Positions 27,395 through 38,220 of a stretch of 64,000 bases of DNA are shown here, one piece after another. Position 1 is the first letter of the stretch. The number at the start of each line of letters is the position of its first letter. The notes beneath the pieces were generated by a model. That model saw only the letters and a list, made by a program, of their open reading frames with translations, ran no database searches and was not told where the DNA came from. This DNA is from Bacteroidota bacterium (GTDB lineage Bacteria > Bacteroidota > Bacteroidia > Bacteroidales > VadinHA17): contig JAUVKW010000001.1 in assembly GCA_030596025.1 (NCBI GenBank), positions 1,603-65,602 of the forward strand, read 5' to 3'. Position numbers and translations under genes: made by a program.

Positions 27395-27459
27395 GATTTA
27401 AACTCGTCTTTGCTTCATGTAAAGAACGGAATTTTATAAATTTGAACCAAAATGCATAT

Positions 27460-28191
27460 ATGAGTCTGAACCTGATACTGGATATAGGCAATAGTTTATC
27501 AAAACTAGCCCTGTTTAACAAGGAAAATATTATTTTCTTAAAACAGTATGAATCAATAAGTTTAAAAATTTTAGAGAATGTGTTTAAAAATCATCATCAT
27601 ATCCGGCAGGGAATTGTATCTAATGTAAGGCAGGAAGACGATAAAATATATAGCTTCTTAAAACAAAATCTCACTAAATTGCTTATTCTTGATGAGAAAA
27701 CTCCCCTGCCGGTTGAAAATTTATATAAAACAAAATCTACATTGGGAAAAGATCGGATTGCTGCTGCTGTAGGTGGATATTCCCTGTTTCCTGGAGTTAA
27801 TGTATTAATTATTGACGCCGGTACTGCCCTGACCTATGAATTTGTAACCTCCGGGGGGCAATACATTGGAGGTGGAATTTCTCCCGGATTAAAAATGCGC
27901 TTCAGGTCATTACATGAAAATACTAAAAAACTTCCTCTGACAGAACCCAAAGAAAAATTTCAGCTACCAGCCAATACAACTAAAAGTGCTATAATTTCGG
28001 GAGTACAATCAGGCATAATTTATGAGATTGACGGAATAATTAATGAGTTCCGTGAACAATTCAATTCGCTGAGAATCGTTCTTACCGGAGGGGATTCTAT
28101 TTTTTTTGAAAAAAAACTAAAAAATAGCATCTTTGTGGATTCAAATATAGTGCTGAAAGGCCTAAACCAAATACTAATATTTAATGCTTAA
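27460..28191 (+). CDS. coaX: type III pantothenate kinase
   Basis: The track ORF starts at a TTG at 27442; the ATG at 27460 gives MSLNLILDIGNS. Motifs GKDRIAAAVG, IIDAGTALTYE, LTGGD. Confidence 0.85.
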   Translation: MSLNLILDIGNSLSKLALFNKENIIFLKQYESISLKILENVFKNHHHIRQGIVSNVRQEDDKIYSFLKQNLTKLLILDEKTPLPVENLYKTKSTLGKDRIAAAVGGYSLFPGVNVLIIDAGTALTYEFVTSGGQYIGGGISPGLKMRFRSLHENTKKLPLTEPKEKFQLPANTTKSAIISGVQSGIIYEIDGIINEFREQFNSLRIVLTGGDSIFFEKKLKNSIFVDSNIVLKGLNQILIFNA

Positions 28192-29476
28192 AATCCTCAG
28201 GACATTTTTTATCCTTATTCTCTTTCTATTTCCTATAAAACAGGGATTTTCACAAAATTCATTTAATTCCCCTTATTCCAGTTTTGGATTAGGAGATCTT
28301 ACTTTTACAGGTTTTACCAGGAACCAGGCAATGGGAGGAATTTCTTTGGGAATTCGCAACCCAGACTATATTGATTATTCTAATCCGGCCAGTTATTCTG
28401 CGAGAGATTCTTTATCTATGTTATTTGAATTTGGTGTATCCCTGCAAGCTTCACAGGTTGCCACTGAGGACAAAAGTGATGTTCCCTGGGATATGAACTT
28501 CAGTCACCTCGCTTTTAGTTTTCCTGTACATAAAAAAGTCGCTGTAGGTGCAGGATTGGTACCATTTAGTCTGATAAGCTATAATTTCATTGATAACATT
28601 AGAGATGGGGATGATGATTATGACCCTGACTTTGGGGAGCTTGATTATATTTTCAGGGGGGAAGGCGGGATGAGTCAAATATTTTTTGGTGCCAGTTATA
28701 TGGTTGCAAGGAATTTATCTATTGGCGTGAACACCAACTTCATATTTGGGAATATGCTTTCTCTGCAAACCATTAGCTTCCTTGAAGAAACTAATAGCTT
28801 CAACCCAAAGATCCAGGAAGAAGATTTAATTTCAGGCTTTAACTTTAGTCTCGGACTTCAGTATTATACAGACCTTGGTAATGATTGGAGAATTGTTGCG
28901 GGAGGGAAATACACAAAACAAAGCAAAATCAATGTCAGAACAGAATTTCTTAAGACAAACGTTTTGTTACTCACGGGAACAGGTGCCATTATTGACACTC
29001 TGGAATCCAGGACTTCGTCAAAAACGAAAGAAACTTTTCCATCAAATTATGGTATTGGGTTCAGTGTAGGAAAAGGAGAAAAATTTCAAATAGGCCTGGA
29101 TTACAAAGGTACTCAATGGAAAAACTCTACTATACTTAACTCTGACTCCCTGGCAAACAGCAACTCTTTGTTATTCGGAATGGAATATACTCCCAGACCA
29201 AGGAATTTTAATATGTATCTCCAAAGAATACATTATCGTTTGGGAGCCTATTATACCAACTCCTATCTGAAGGTTCACGGGAATCAAATAAATGATTCTG
29301 GCATAACTTTTGGAGTTGGATTACCAATAGGTCGGGTAGGTTCGTCATTTAATCTGGCCTTTAATTATGGTCGAAGAGGATCAAAACAGAATAATCTTAT
29401 CCTTGAAAACCATGGAATGATTACCTTTAGCTTAAGTTTGTATGATGTTTGGTTTAGAAAATTCAAATACAATTAA
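28184..29476 (+). CDS. putative outer-membrane beta-barrel protein, family not recognised
   Basis: 430-aa ORF with a signal peptide (..LFPIKQGFSQ). G/Y/F-rich alternating strands throughout. Confidence 0.45.
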   Translation: MLKILRTFFILILFLFPIKQGFSQNSFNSPYSSFGLGDLTFTGFTRNQAMGGISLGIRNPDYIDYSNPASYSARDSLSMLFEFGVSLQASQVATEDKSDVPWDMNFSHLAFSFPVHKKVAVGAGLVPFSLISYNFIDNIRDGDDDYDPDFGELDYIFRGEGGMSQIFFGASYMVARNLSIGVNTNFIFGNMLSLQTISFLEETNSFNPKIQEEDLISGFNFSLGLQYYTDLGNDWRIVAGGKYTKQSKINVRTEFLKTNVLLLTGTGAIIDTLESRTSSKTKETFPSNYGIGFSVGKGEKFQIGLDYKGTQWKNSTILNSDSLANSNSLLFGMEYTPRPRNFNMYLQRIHYRLGAYYTNSYLKVHGNQINDSGITFGVGLPIGRVGSSFNLAFNYGRRGSKQNNLILENHGMITFSLSLYDVWFRKFKYN

Positions 29477-29492
29477 ATAAAACCTCCTAAAA

Positions 29493-30842
29493 ATGAAAAC
29501 TGCAAAATTCACCTTAACAGTAGTAGTCCTCGCACTGGCAGTATTTGTCGGGTACTCTCAAAAAGGCTATATAGATGGATCCAAGTATGGCCATGGAGAG
29601 GATTCAGTCTTATGTATAAGGAATTATTCACTTTACAGTGAATACTATAAGCAAAAAAATTATGATGATGCCATACCTTATTGGAGATTGGTTTTTAATG
29701 ATTGTCCTAAGGTTAGCAAGAACATTTACCAGCATGGAGCCAATATGTATAAGTTTTATATTATTCAGGCAAGTAGAAAGAATAATATTGACCTTAAAAA
29801 TGCCCTTGTAGATACTTTAATGCAAGTATACGATCAAAGAATAAAATGGTATCCTAAAGATAAAGGAAGGGTTCTGGGCTACATGGCTGCAGATATTCTC
29901 AGATTTAAGAAAAATGACTTGGTGTGTATGAAAAGAGCCTATGCTTTTAGTAGTGAGTCTATGGATATTCGCAAAAATAGCACCCCTAAATCAGTAATTA
30001 ATACTTATATGCATACAACATTAGTTCTTTTCGATAACAATGATCTTACAGATTCCGAAGTTGTTGAAAACTATGCAAAAAGTATAGCAATACTGGATGC
30101 CCAGCTTGCAAAAAACCCTGATGATGAAGAACTGGAAAACTTAAAATCATCTGTCAGCTCTAATTTTGCCAATAGCGGTGCGGCTTCATGCGAGGCTTTG
30201 ATCAAATTGTTTAGCCCACAATTCAAGGAAAGCCCTGATGATATCGATGTTTTGAAAAGGATAAGCTATTGGCTCAACAATACAGGATGTACGGAATCTG
30301 ATCTGTACTTGAAAACAACTATTTCTCTAAATAATATAGAGCCCTCAGCCACACTTGCTTATCATATTGCTCAGCTATATGTGAAGCAAAGAAGCTATCA
30401 TGCTGCAGTTAAGTTTTACAAGCAGGCTATAGATCAGGAAACCGAGAATACTTCCAGGTCTAAATACCTGGTTGAGATTGGGTACATTACTCAAAGCGAA
30501 TATGGAGATCTTCCCCAGGCAAAAAGTTATGCCCTTAGAGCAATTAAAGCTGACCCAAGCTCAGGAAAGCCATATTTGCTTCTTGGCAATATCTATGCCG
30601 GAGCAAAAAATTATGGACCTGATGATCTGGCGCATAAAGCTGTATTCTGGGTGTCTGTTGATCAATACACAAAAGCAAAACAGAAAGACTTAGATTTAGC
30701 TTCCATTGCCAATGATAGAATTCAGGCATACTCACAATACTTCCCCGATACTGAAATGATCTTTTTCTTTGGATTTAAGGTTGGGGATAGCTATAAGCTT
30801 GATGGGTGGATAAATGAATCAACTACTGTAAGGACTAAATAA
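29493..30842 (+). CDS. secreted TPR-like repeat protein
   Basis: 449-aa ORF with a signal peptide. Helical repeat pattern with a recurrent ..Y..A..YY../..A..Y..A arrangement. Confidence 0.5.
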   Translation: MKTAKFTLTVVVLALAVFVGYSQKGYIDGSKYGHGEDSVLCIRNYSLYSEYYKQKNYDDAIPYWRLVFNDCPKVSKNIYQHGANMYKFYIIQASRKNNIDLKNALVDTLMQVYDQRIKWYPKDKGRVLGYMAADILRFKKNDLVCMKRAYAFSSESMDIRKNSTPKSVINTYMHTTLVLFDNNDLTDSEVVENYAKSIAILDAQLAKNPDDEELENLKSSVSSNFANSGAASCEALIKLFSPQFKESPDDIDVLKRISYWLNNTGCTESDLYLKTTISLNNIEPSATLAYHIAQLYVKQRSYHAAVKFYKQAIDQETENTSRSKYLVEIGYITQSEYGDLPQAKSYALRAIKADPSSGKPYLLLGNIYAGAKNYGPDDLAHKAVFWVSVDQYTKAKQKDLDLASIANDRIQAYSQYFPDTEMIFFFGFKVGDSYKLDGWINESTTVRTK

Positions 30843-30916
30843 TAAAAACAGGCAATATTACAAGCCTTTCAAAAATACCAGGGAAGAGCATAGTTGTTAT
30901 CATTGCAGTAACTGCT

Positions 30917-31423
30917 ATGCTTTTTTTTTCGTGTAAAAAAAATGATCTGGAAATTGTGTATGCCCTTACTTTTAAGGATACTATTCCTGCAATGTCTATA
31001 TGGGATCTTCAAACAATTTATACTGATTCAGGTAGAATTAAACTCCAAATTCAGGCTCCCCTCGTTGAGCGATACTCTGAAGATGTAAATAAGAAAATTT
31101 ATTTCACTCAGGGAATTCTGGTGCATTTTTATAATAAGCATGGAAAAGAAGAATCTTATATGAGTTCCAAATATGCCATTTACCATGAAGAAGACAATTT
31201 GTGGGAAGCATCTGATAGTGTTGTGGTAGTTAATTCTGAAGGAGAAATACTGAATACTGAACTATTATTCTGGGATGAAAAAACAGAAAAAATCTACTCA
31301 TCAAAATTTGTCAAAATCACAACCATGAATGATGTTATTCATGGGGAAGGATTTGAAGCAGATCAAACATTTTCTACCTGGAATATTAAGAAAATGACAG
31401 GTACTATATATCACACCAACTAA
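30917..31423 (+). CDS. lptC: LptC-like LPS export periplasmic protein (start codon uncertain)
   Basis: 168-aa ORF of LptC-like size. The in-frame upstream sequence encodes ..KSIVVIIAVTAMLFFSCKKN, a lipoprotein-type signal, with no ATG, GTG or TTG available. Assignment rests on the neighbourhood (coaX..TPR..LptC..GldE-like..PpiD) recalled from Bacteroidota genomes. Confidence 0.45.
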   Translation: MLFFSCKKNDLEIVYALTFKDTIPAMSIWDLQTIYTDSGRIKLQIQAPLVERYSEDVNKKIYFTQGILVHFYNKHGKEESYMSSKYAIYHEEDNLWEASDSVVVVNSEGEILNTELLFWDEKTEKIYSSKFVKITTMNDVIHGEGFEADQTFSTWNIKKMTGTIYHTN

Positions 31424-31490
31424 GCTTTACTGTAATCCCATTATTTATTCTATTTTTACCATAGTAATCCAAATCCTCTTTATTTAAAAT

Positions 31491-31706
31491 ATGGAAGGGA
31501 ATAAAACACACACCAGAAAGTTTGGGAAATTTCAGAAGTTTATGGAATGGGTATGGTTATTTATCGCGTTTGTAAGTCTTGGAACCTGGATATACTCTTT
31601 TCAAAAGGAAGGAAAAACTGAAACTAATATGCTCTTAATCATTTCTGCTGTATCTTTCCTTATGTACTTTTTGAGAAGATATCTTGGTAAACAGAAAAAA
31701 ACTTGA
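31491..31706 (+). CDS. small two-TM membrane protein
   Basis: 71-aa ORF with two hydrophobic segments. Its stop overlaps the start of the symporter gene. Confidence 0.4.
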   Translation: MEGNKTHTRKFGKFQKFMEWVWLFIAFVSLGTWIYSFQKEGKTETNMLLIISAVSFLMYFLRRYLGKQKKT

Positions 31707-33064
31707 AAAAACTTGAACTTATAACTGCAGCATTTAGCGATTTTATGTGGGGGACTCCCCTTGTCATACTATTGCTGGGAGGTGGATTCTTCTTTTTACT
31801 TTATTCCAGGTTTCTGCCGTTCAGATATTTTCGTCATGCTATAAATATTATACGTGGCAAATATGATAACCCGGACGAGCCCGGGCAAATCAATCATTTT
31901 GAGGCTTTTTCCACTGCTCTTTCAGCAACAGTTGGCATGGGAAATGTAAGTGGGGTTGCAGTAGCCATTGCTACCGGAGGGCCCGGAGCAATTTTCTGGA
32001 TGTGGGTAAGTGCTTTCTTTGGTATTACCACTAAATTTTTTACATGCACACTGGCAGTTATGTATCGCGGTCGCGACAGTACCGGAGCATTACAGGGAGG
32101 CCCAATGTATGTGATCACTGAAGGTTTAGGTAAAAACTGGAAGTTTCTGGCTATTTTATTCTCCCTTGCAGGCATGATCGGAGTTCTCCCGGTATTCCAG
32201 GTTAATCAATATACACAAGCTCTCAGGGATATTGTACTTGTAGACCTTGGAATTACAGGATCTTTTTATACAAATTTATTAACAGGTATCATTATTACAT
32301 CCATTGCATCCCTGGTAATTTTTGGTGGAATAAAGAGAATTGGAATGGTGGCAAGTAAACTGGTTCCGTTTATGGCAGTTCTTTATGTACTTGCTGTAAT
32401 GGTAATTCTCTTTTCATATTCAAGTGAGGTTCTTCCTGGGCTAAAGCTTATTTTTACCGATGCTTTTTCAGGAAAAGCTGTTTTGGGCGGTGCCCTTGGA
32501 CAATTAATCATAACAGGGATCAAGAGAGGTTCCTTTTCAAATGAAGCCGGTATTGGTACGGCTCCTATGGCTCATGGGGCAGCAAAAACCAGTGAACCGG
32601 TCAGAGAAGGATTAGTTGCCATGATAGAACCTATAGTTGATACCATGGTAATCTGTACTATGACTGCACTTGCAATTATAGTAACCGGGGTATGGAAAAA
32701 TCCGGATGCAAACGGAATCACACTTACACTTAAGGCTTTCGAAATCGGTATTCCGGGAATTGGACATTACGTTTTAATTGTATGCATTACTTTTTTTGCA
32801 ATGTCGTCTTTATTTGCTTTTCCCTATTATGGAACCAAATCATTTGGTTTTTTATTTGGTGCCAGGAAACAATATCTCTACAACTATTTCTATATCGTGT
32901 CAATCATTCTGGGTGCAACAGCATCATTAAGTGTTATAATCAATCTTATTGATGGAGTATATGCTATAATGGCTATTCCCACCATGATCTCAGCTATATT
33001 GTTAGCTCCTAAGGTTAGAAAAGCCTCACTTGATTATTTTAGAAGGCTTAAAAGAAATGACTAA
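31703..33064 (+). CDS. alanine/glycine:cation symporter (AGCS family)
   Basis: 453-aa polytopic ORF with a TTG start. Motifs ..FSDFMWGTPLVILLLGGG.. and FEAFSTALSATVGMGNVSGVAVAIATGGPGAIFWMW. Confidence 0.85.
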   Translation: MKKLELITAAFSDFMWGTPLVILLLGGGFFFLLYSRFLPFRYFRHAINIIRGKYDNPDEPGQINHFEAFSTALSATVGMGNVSGVAVAIATGGPGAIFWMWVSAFFGITTKFFTCTLAVMYRGRDSTGALQGGPMYVITEGLGKNWKFLAILFSLAGMIGVLPVFQVNQYTQALRDIVLVDLGITGSFYTNLLTGIIITSIASLVIFGGIKRIGMVASKLVPFMAVLYVLAVMVILFSYSSEVLPGLKLIFTDAFSGKAVLGGALGQLIITGIKRGSFSNEAGIGTAPMAHGAAKTSEPVREGLVAMIEPIVDTMVICTMTALAIIVTGVWKNPDANGITLTLKAFEIGIPGIGHYVLIVCITFFAMSSLFAFPYYGTKSFGFLFGARKQYLYNYFYIVSIILGATASLSVIINLIDGVYAIMAIPTMISAILLAPKVRKASLDYFRRLKRND

Positions 33065-33102
33065 ATTTGTTCCCGCATACTCATCCTTAATATAAACTTA
33101 CA

Positions 33103-34368
33103 ATGAGCTACTTAATAGCCATTCTTATAAGTTTACTTTTATCAGCTTTTTTTTCAGGTATGGAGATCGCTTTTGTTTCCTCCAATAAGCTTCGCCTGGA
33201 ATTAAGCAAGAAAAAAGAAGGTTTCACTTCCCAGATTCTTTCTATTTACACTAAAAACCCAGGGCAATATATTGTTACTATGCTAATCGGGAATAACATA
33301 GCCCTTGTTGTTTATGGTATTATAATGGCCATGATTCTGGAGCCGGCAATCAGCACATTCACCAATTCCGACACATCTATTCTGGCCATTCAAACTATAA
33401 TATCAACATTGCTAATACTGGTAGTTGCTGAATTTATTCCCAAAGCCATTTTCAGAATCAATGCAAATGGGCTTCTGAAAATATTCAGTATGCCCATTTT
33501 TCTGTTTTATCTTATTTTTTATCCAATTAGCAAATTTACTATTTGGCTATCGCGAATTATTCTGAGAGTATTTATGAGGATAAAATTAACTGAAAGATCT
33601 GAGGACCGTGTATTTGGGAAACCCGATCTGGATTACCTTGTAAATGAAGCTCAGGAAGACTTAAGCCTGGATCAAGAGGAGGACTCCAGCTTAAAAATAT
33701 TTCAGAATGCCCTTGATCTATCCAGAGTAAAACTCAGGGAATGTATGATCCCCCGAACTGAGCTTGTTGCCCTTGAAGAAACTACAAGTGTGGAAGAATT
33801 AAGGCAGATCTTCATTGAATCGGGTTTATCAAAAATTTTAATCTTTAAGGAATCAATTGATAACATTATCGGATATGTAAACATGAAAGACCTTTTTGGA
33901 AAAGTTGTAAATATTAAACCTTATATCGTTCCCTTAGATATTGTGCCGGAATCAATGCATGCCAATAAGCTCTTAAAAATGTTTGTAGATGAGAAAATGA
34001 AAATTGCCCTGGTTGTTGATGAATTTGGAGGAACTTCCGGAATTGTAACTATAGAGGATATCCTGGAAGAAATATTTGGGGAAATCACAGATGAGCACGA
34101 TACTATTGAACTTGTTGAAAAAACTATTAATGAAAATGAATATATTTTCTCGGGAAGACTCGAAATTGATTACCTGAATGAAAAATATAAATTAGACCTT
34201 CCAAAAAAAGATGACTTTGAAACTCTGGCCGGGTTAATTTTCTATTATTACGAAAGCATTCCTAAACTAAATCATCATATTGACGTTGATTCATATAGTT
34301 TTAAGGTTTTGAAAGTTAGTGAAACCCGAATTGAACTAGTCCAACTTAACATTCTTGATCACTCATAA
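33103..34368 (+). CDS. CNNM/HlyC-CorC family membrane protein (DUF21 + CBS pair + CorC_HlyC), GldE-like
   Basis: 421-aa ORF. N-terminal 4-TM DUF21 pattern (FFSGMEIAFVSSNKLRLE), a CBS region, and a C-terminal ..GGTSGIVTIEDILEEIFGEI.. motif. Confidence 0.75.
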   Translation: MSYLIAILISLLLSAFFSGMEIAFVSSNKLRLELSKKKEGFTSQILSIYTKNPGQYIVTMLIGNNIALVVYGIIMAMILEPAISTFTNSDTSILAIQTIISTLLILVVAEFIPKAIFRINANGLLKIFSMPIFLFYLIFYPISKFTIWLSRIILRVFMRIKLTERSEDRVFGKPDLDYLVNEAQEDLSLDQEEDSSLKIFQNALDLSRVKLRECMIPRTELVALEETTSVEELRQIFIESGLSKILIFKESIDNIIGYVNMKDLFGKVVNIKPYIVPLDIVPESMHANKLLKMFVDEKMKIALVVDEFGGTSGIVTIEDILEEIFGEITDEHDTIELVEKTINENEYIFSGRLEIDYLNEKYKLDLPKKDDFETLAGLIFYYYESIPKLNHHIDVDSYSFKVLKVSETRIELVQLNILDHS

Positions 34369-34500
34369 AACAAAAAAGCTTCATCTTATTCCAAAGTTAT
34401 AGAACTTTTTGAAAAAATAAATGAAGAAGCTTTAACATGCCGCATTTTTCTTATATTTGCACCCTGAATTTTTGTTTCAACCAATAACAAATCATCATTC

Positions 34501-36627
34501 ATGGCAACATTACAAACTATAAGGGATAGAGCAGGATTACTCATTGCAATAATTATTGGGCTGGCTATTCTTGCCTTTGTGCTCGGAGATTTTCTGGGTG
34601 GTGGCAACTCGCAAGCCATGGGTATGAAAAAGAAACTGGAAATTGCTGAAGTAGCAAACCAATCTATCTCTTACCTGGAATATGAAAAAAGAATAAGCGA
34701 TCTTACTGAGATTTACAAACTTTCAGGCAATACCAGTATGGATGAGCAAACTTCATTAAGTATTCGGCAACAAACCTGGGACCAGATGATCAGAGAATTT
34801 GTTATGTCAGGTGAATATAAAAAACTGGGATTGGCTGTAAGTTCTGAAGAACTTTTTGACTTGATCCAGGGAGATAATCCCCATCAATATGTTCGACAAC
34901 TATTTACCGACCAGCAAACTGGAATTTTTGACAGGGGAGCTTTGATTCGATTTCTTAAAAATATGGAAAGTGACCCAACAGGAAATCAAAAGAAATATTG
35001 GATGTTCATGGAAACTCAAATTGACGATGAGCATATGTTTAACAAATACCTGACCATAATTCAAAAAGGTTTGTATGTAAACTCAAATCAGGTAAGCTAT
35101 AGTCTTAGTAATAGTAACAAACAGGTCGATTTTAAGTATATTGTTCAGAGATATTCAAGCATACCCGATTCTGTTATTAGTATTAAGGAAGATGAACTAA
35201 AAAATTATTATAAAGAACATCAGGACAATTATGAACAAACTGCCTCAAGGAATATTGAGTATGTGAGTTTCGAAGTGAAGCCCTCAGAGAAAGACATAGA
35301 AGACACTGAAGATTGGATTAATGATATAAAAGCTGAATTTGAAAGCACTTCAGTGATACCTCAATTTGTTAATGCTAATTCTGACCTTCCTTATGATTTC
35401 AAGAACTACAAACAAGGGGAATTACCCGAGGTCATCAATGATTTTATGTTTGAAAATGAAGAAGGCGCCAGCTTCGGGCCCTATTTTGAAAATGAAAGTT
35501 ATAAGCTGGCCAGATTAAGTGAAATTAATTATTTACCAGATTCTGTCCATGCCAGACATATTCTGATTAGTCCCTCCGCTGAAAGATCTGCAGAGGCTGC
35601 TTCACAAATAGCAGATAGCTTAAAAGGATTGTTAGAGTCAGGCACTGATTTTGCTATATTGGCTTTAATGAATTCTGATGATCAGGGAAGTGCTCAATTA
35701 GGAGGAGATCTGGGATGGTTCAGTGAAGGGTCTATGGTTCAGCCATTTAATGATGCGTGTTTTAAAGGGAGTGGGGGGGAAATAGTTTTGGCAGAATCAC
35801 AGTTTGGCTGGCATATAATTGAAATACTGGGACAGGGCCCGAAAGTCAAGAAAGTACAGGTTGGAATTATTACAAGGGCTATACAGGCCAGCACAGCAAC
35901 CTATGAATTGGTATATTCTGAAGCAAGCCGCTTTGCCGGCATGAATGATAGTCATGAAAAATTTATAGCCTCTATTGATGAAGATGAAGGCCTGACCAAA
36001 AGAATTGCCAATGATATAAAGGAAGATGATCGCCAAATTCCAGGGCTTGAATCACCCAGGGAATTAATTCGTGCTATGTATCAGTCAGAACTTAACAACA
36101 TTATTCTTGATTTAAACAAACAAGCTGTTTTTGAATTGGAAAATGTTTTTGTAGTGGCCTATTTAACTGATGTAAAAGAAAAAGGCGTAGCTCCTTTTGA
36201 CCAGGTTAAAACAGATGTTGAATTCAATGTAAGAAATGAGAAAAAAGCAGTTGAATTAATACATGCCCTTGAAAATAGCCTGGCTGAAACATCAAATATT
36301 GAAGATCTTGCCGAAACCCTTAACACGCGTGTGGAGGAAGTAAGTGGAATTAATTTTAACTCCTTTTCCATACCCGGCGCAGGCATTGAGCCAGCTTTGG
36401 TTGGCACGGTTGTTGGTCTTTCTGAGAACACTATTTCCCAACCTGTTAAAGGTTTGAATGGTGTATATATTGCAGTTGTCACAAGCATAAACGAAAATAC
36501 CGATCTGGATGAGACATTCCAAAAGAATTCACTTATCAGTAATTTCAGCAACAGGGTTAATTTCGAAGTTTATAACGCTCTACTTGAAAATGCCAATGTT
36601 GTAGATAAAAGATCAAAATTTTATTAA
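34501..36627 (+). CDS. ppiD: periplasmic chaperone/peptidyl-prolyl isomerase, PpiD-like
   Basis: 708-aa ORF. N-terminal anchor MATLQTIRDRAGLLIAIIIGLAILAF. Parvulin motif HARHILISP...GGDLGWFSEGSMVQPFNDACF. Confidence 0.7.
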   Translation: MATLQTIRDRAGLLIAIIIGLAILAFVLGDFLGGGNSQAMGMKKKLEIAEVANQSISYLEYEKRISDLTEIYKLSGNTSMDEQTSLSIRQQTWDQMIREFVMSGEYKKLGLAVSSEELFDLIQGDNPHQYVRQLFTDQQTGIFDRGALIRFLKNMESDPTGNQKKYWMFMETQIDDEHMFNKYLTIIQKGLYVNSNQVSYSLSNSNKQVDFKYIVQRYSSIPDSVISIKEDELKNYYKEHQDNYEQTASRNIEYVSFEVKPSEKDIEDTEDWINDIKAEFESTSVIPQFVNANSDLPYDFKNYKQGELPEVINDFMFENEEGASFGPYFENESYKLARLSEINYLPDSVHARHILISPSAERSAEAASQIADSLKGLLESGTDFAILALMNSDDQGSAQLGGDLGWFSEGSMVQPFNDACFKGSGGEIVLAESQFGWHIIEILGQGPKVKKVQVGIITRAIQASTATYELVYSEASRFAGMNDSHEKFIASIDEDEGLTKRIANDIKEDDRQIPGLESPRELIRAMYQSELNNIILDLNKQAVFELENVFVVAYLTDVKEKGVAPFDQVKTDVEFNVRNEKKAVELIHALENSLAETSNIEDLAETLNTRVEEVSGINFNSFSIPGAGIEPALVGTVVGLSENTISQPVKGLNGVYIAVVTSINENTDLDETFQKNSLISNFSNRVNFEVYNALLENANVVDKRSKFY

Positions 36628-36695
36628 ATACCCGATGAACTAGCCAATAGTGGTCTGACGAGTATATTGCTTTGCTTCTCTTTCATCTCCCTCAT

Positions 36696-38165
36696 TTAAT
36701 CTACATTATCGTGCAGGTAAGAGTTATCAGAACTCAAACGGGTTCCACTTTCCTCATCATCATATAATGAATATTTAGATACCCTTTTGCTGGAAGAATG
36801 TGCCGCTTTATGGATTTTTCTGTTTTTCCGGATATAGGCCGGCTGATTCTCCAACTCATCAATTTCATTCTCCTTGTCCTCTTCCAGGTATCCCTGATCT
36901 TTCAGGTAGGCCTGATGTTTCTTAATTTTCTTTATCCTTTCTGCCGTTTGTTCTTCATCAAGCAATTCATAACCTTCATCATTATTCTGCCCTGAAGGAT
37001 TTGACAATTCTCCATTTGAACTTACTTCAAAATCAATGGTTCTTTGATTAGTATTAAATTCATCAATGGTATAGGGTCCCATATTTTTATCTTTTACTTC
37101 AAAGCTTGAATCAGGAATAAGATTATCCTGCTCTGGCTCCTTCAGGAATACCTTCTCGGTATTTCTCTTCTCTGTATATAATTCAGGTATTGAACTTGGT
37201 TCAAATCCTGTGGCTATTACCGTTACTGCTACCTTCTCTTCCAAACTCTCATCTTTCCCTGTTCCCCAGATAATCATTACATCATCAGCTGCTGCTGAGT
37301 TTATAAAATCTGTAATTTCACCCACCTCATCCATACTTACTTCAGATTCTCCTGAAGTGATATTTAGCAAAATACTCCCGGCTCCGGTAATATCATTTGA
37401 ATTTAACAAAGGTGAAGTAATGGCTATTTCTACTGCCTTCCTGGCTCTGTCTTCCCCGGAAGCTTCACCTGAGCCCATCATGGCAACTCCGGAGTTATAC
37501 ATAACCGTTTCAACATCAGCAAAATCAACATTTATATAACTATGAACTGTTATGATTTCAGCAATTCCTTTTGCTGCTTTTGTAAGAACATCATCTGCCC
37601 TGGAAAAGGCCTCTGAAAGCTTCAAATCACCATATATTTCCCGCAATTTTTCATTGTTAATAACCAGCAAAGAATCCACATTATTTTTCAATTCATTAAT
37701 CCCGATTATGGCTTGTTGAATTCTTTTTTGCCCCTCAAACCGGAAGGGAATTGTTACAATTGCTACTGTTAGAATTCCCAATTCTCTACAGGCTTTTGCA
37801 ATAACCGGTGCAGCACCGGTTCCTGTTCCTCCTCCCATACCCGCAGTCAGAAATACCATTTTGGTATTTTTCGATAAGGTTTCAATAATATCATCCAGGT
37901 TTTCCTGTGCTGCTTGTCTGCCAACTTCTGGTTTATTCCCTGCTCCTCTCCCTTCTGTAATAGATTCACCTATTTGAATTTTTACTGCAACCGGACTGTT
38001 TTCAAGAGCTTGTGCATCCGTATTGCAAACCATGAAATTTACGTCTTTAATTCCCTGGGAAAACATGTGGTTTACTGCATTACTTCCACCTCCACCTATT
38101 CCCAAAACCTTAATAATGGAAGATTTATCTACAGGGAGATCAAAATTCATGAGTTCTTCTGCCAT
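36696..38165 (-). CDS. ftsZ: cell division protein FtsZ
   Basis: 489-aa ORF. Tubulin signature GGGTGTGAAPVIA and GGGGSNAVNHM. Long acidic C-terminal linker. Confidence 0.95.
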   Translation of the reverse strand: MAEELMNFDLPVDKSSIIKVLGIGGGGSNAVNHMFSQGIKDVNFMVCNTDAQALENSPVAVKIQIGESITEGRGAGNKPEVGRQAAQENLDDIIETLSKNTKMVFLTAGMGGGTGTGAAPVIAKACRELGILTVAIVTIPFRFEGQKRIQQAIIGINELKNNVDSLLVINNEKLREIYGDLKLSEAFSRADDVLTKAAKGIAEIITVHSYINVDFADVETVMYNSGVAMMGSGEASGEDRARKAVEIAITSPLLNSNDITGAGSILLNITSGESEVSMDEVGEITDFINSAAADDVMIIWGTGKDESLEEKVAVTVIATGFEPSSIPELYTEKRNTEKVFLKEPEQDNLIPDSSFEVKDKNMGPYTIDEFNTNQRTIDFEVSSNGELSNPSGQNNDEGYELLDEEQTAERIKKIKKHQAYLKDQGYLEEDKENEIDELENQPAYIRKNRKIHKAAHSSSKRVSKYSLYDDEESGTRLSSDNSYLHDNVD

Positions 38166-38220
38166 AGTATTTGAATTTTTAAATTATTATCAAAATTAAT
38201 TCCGGATAAACGAAATTTGT

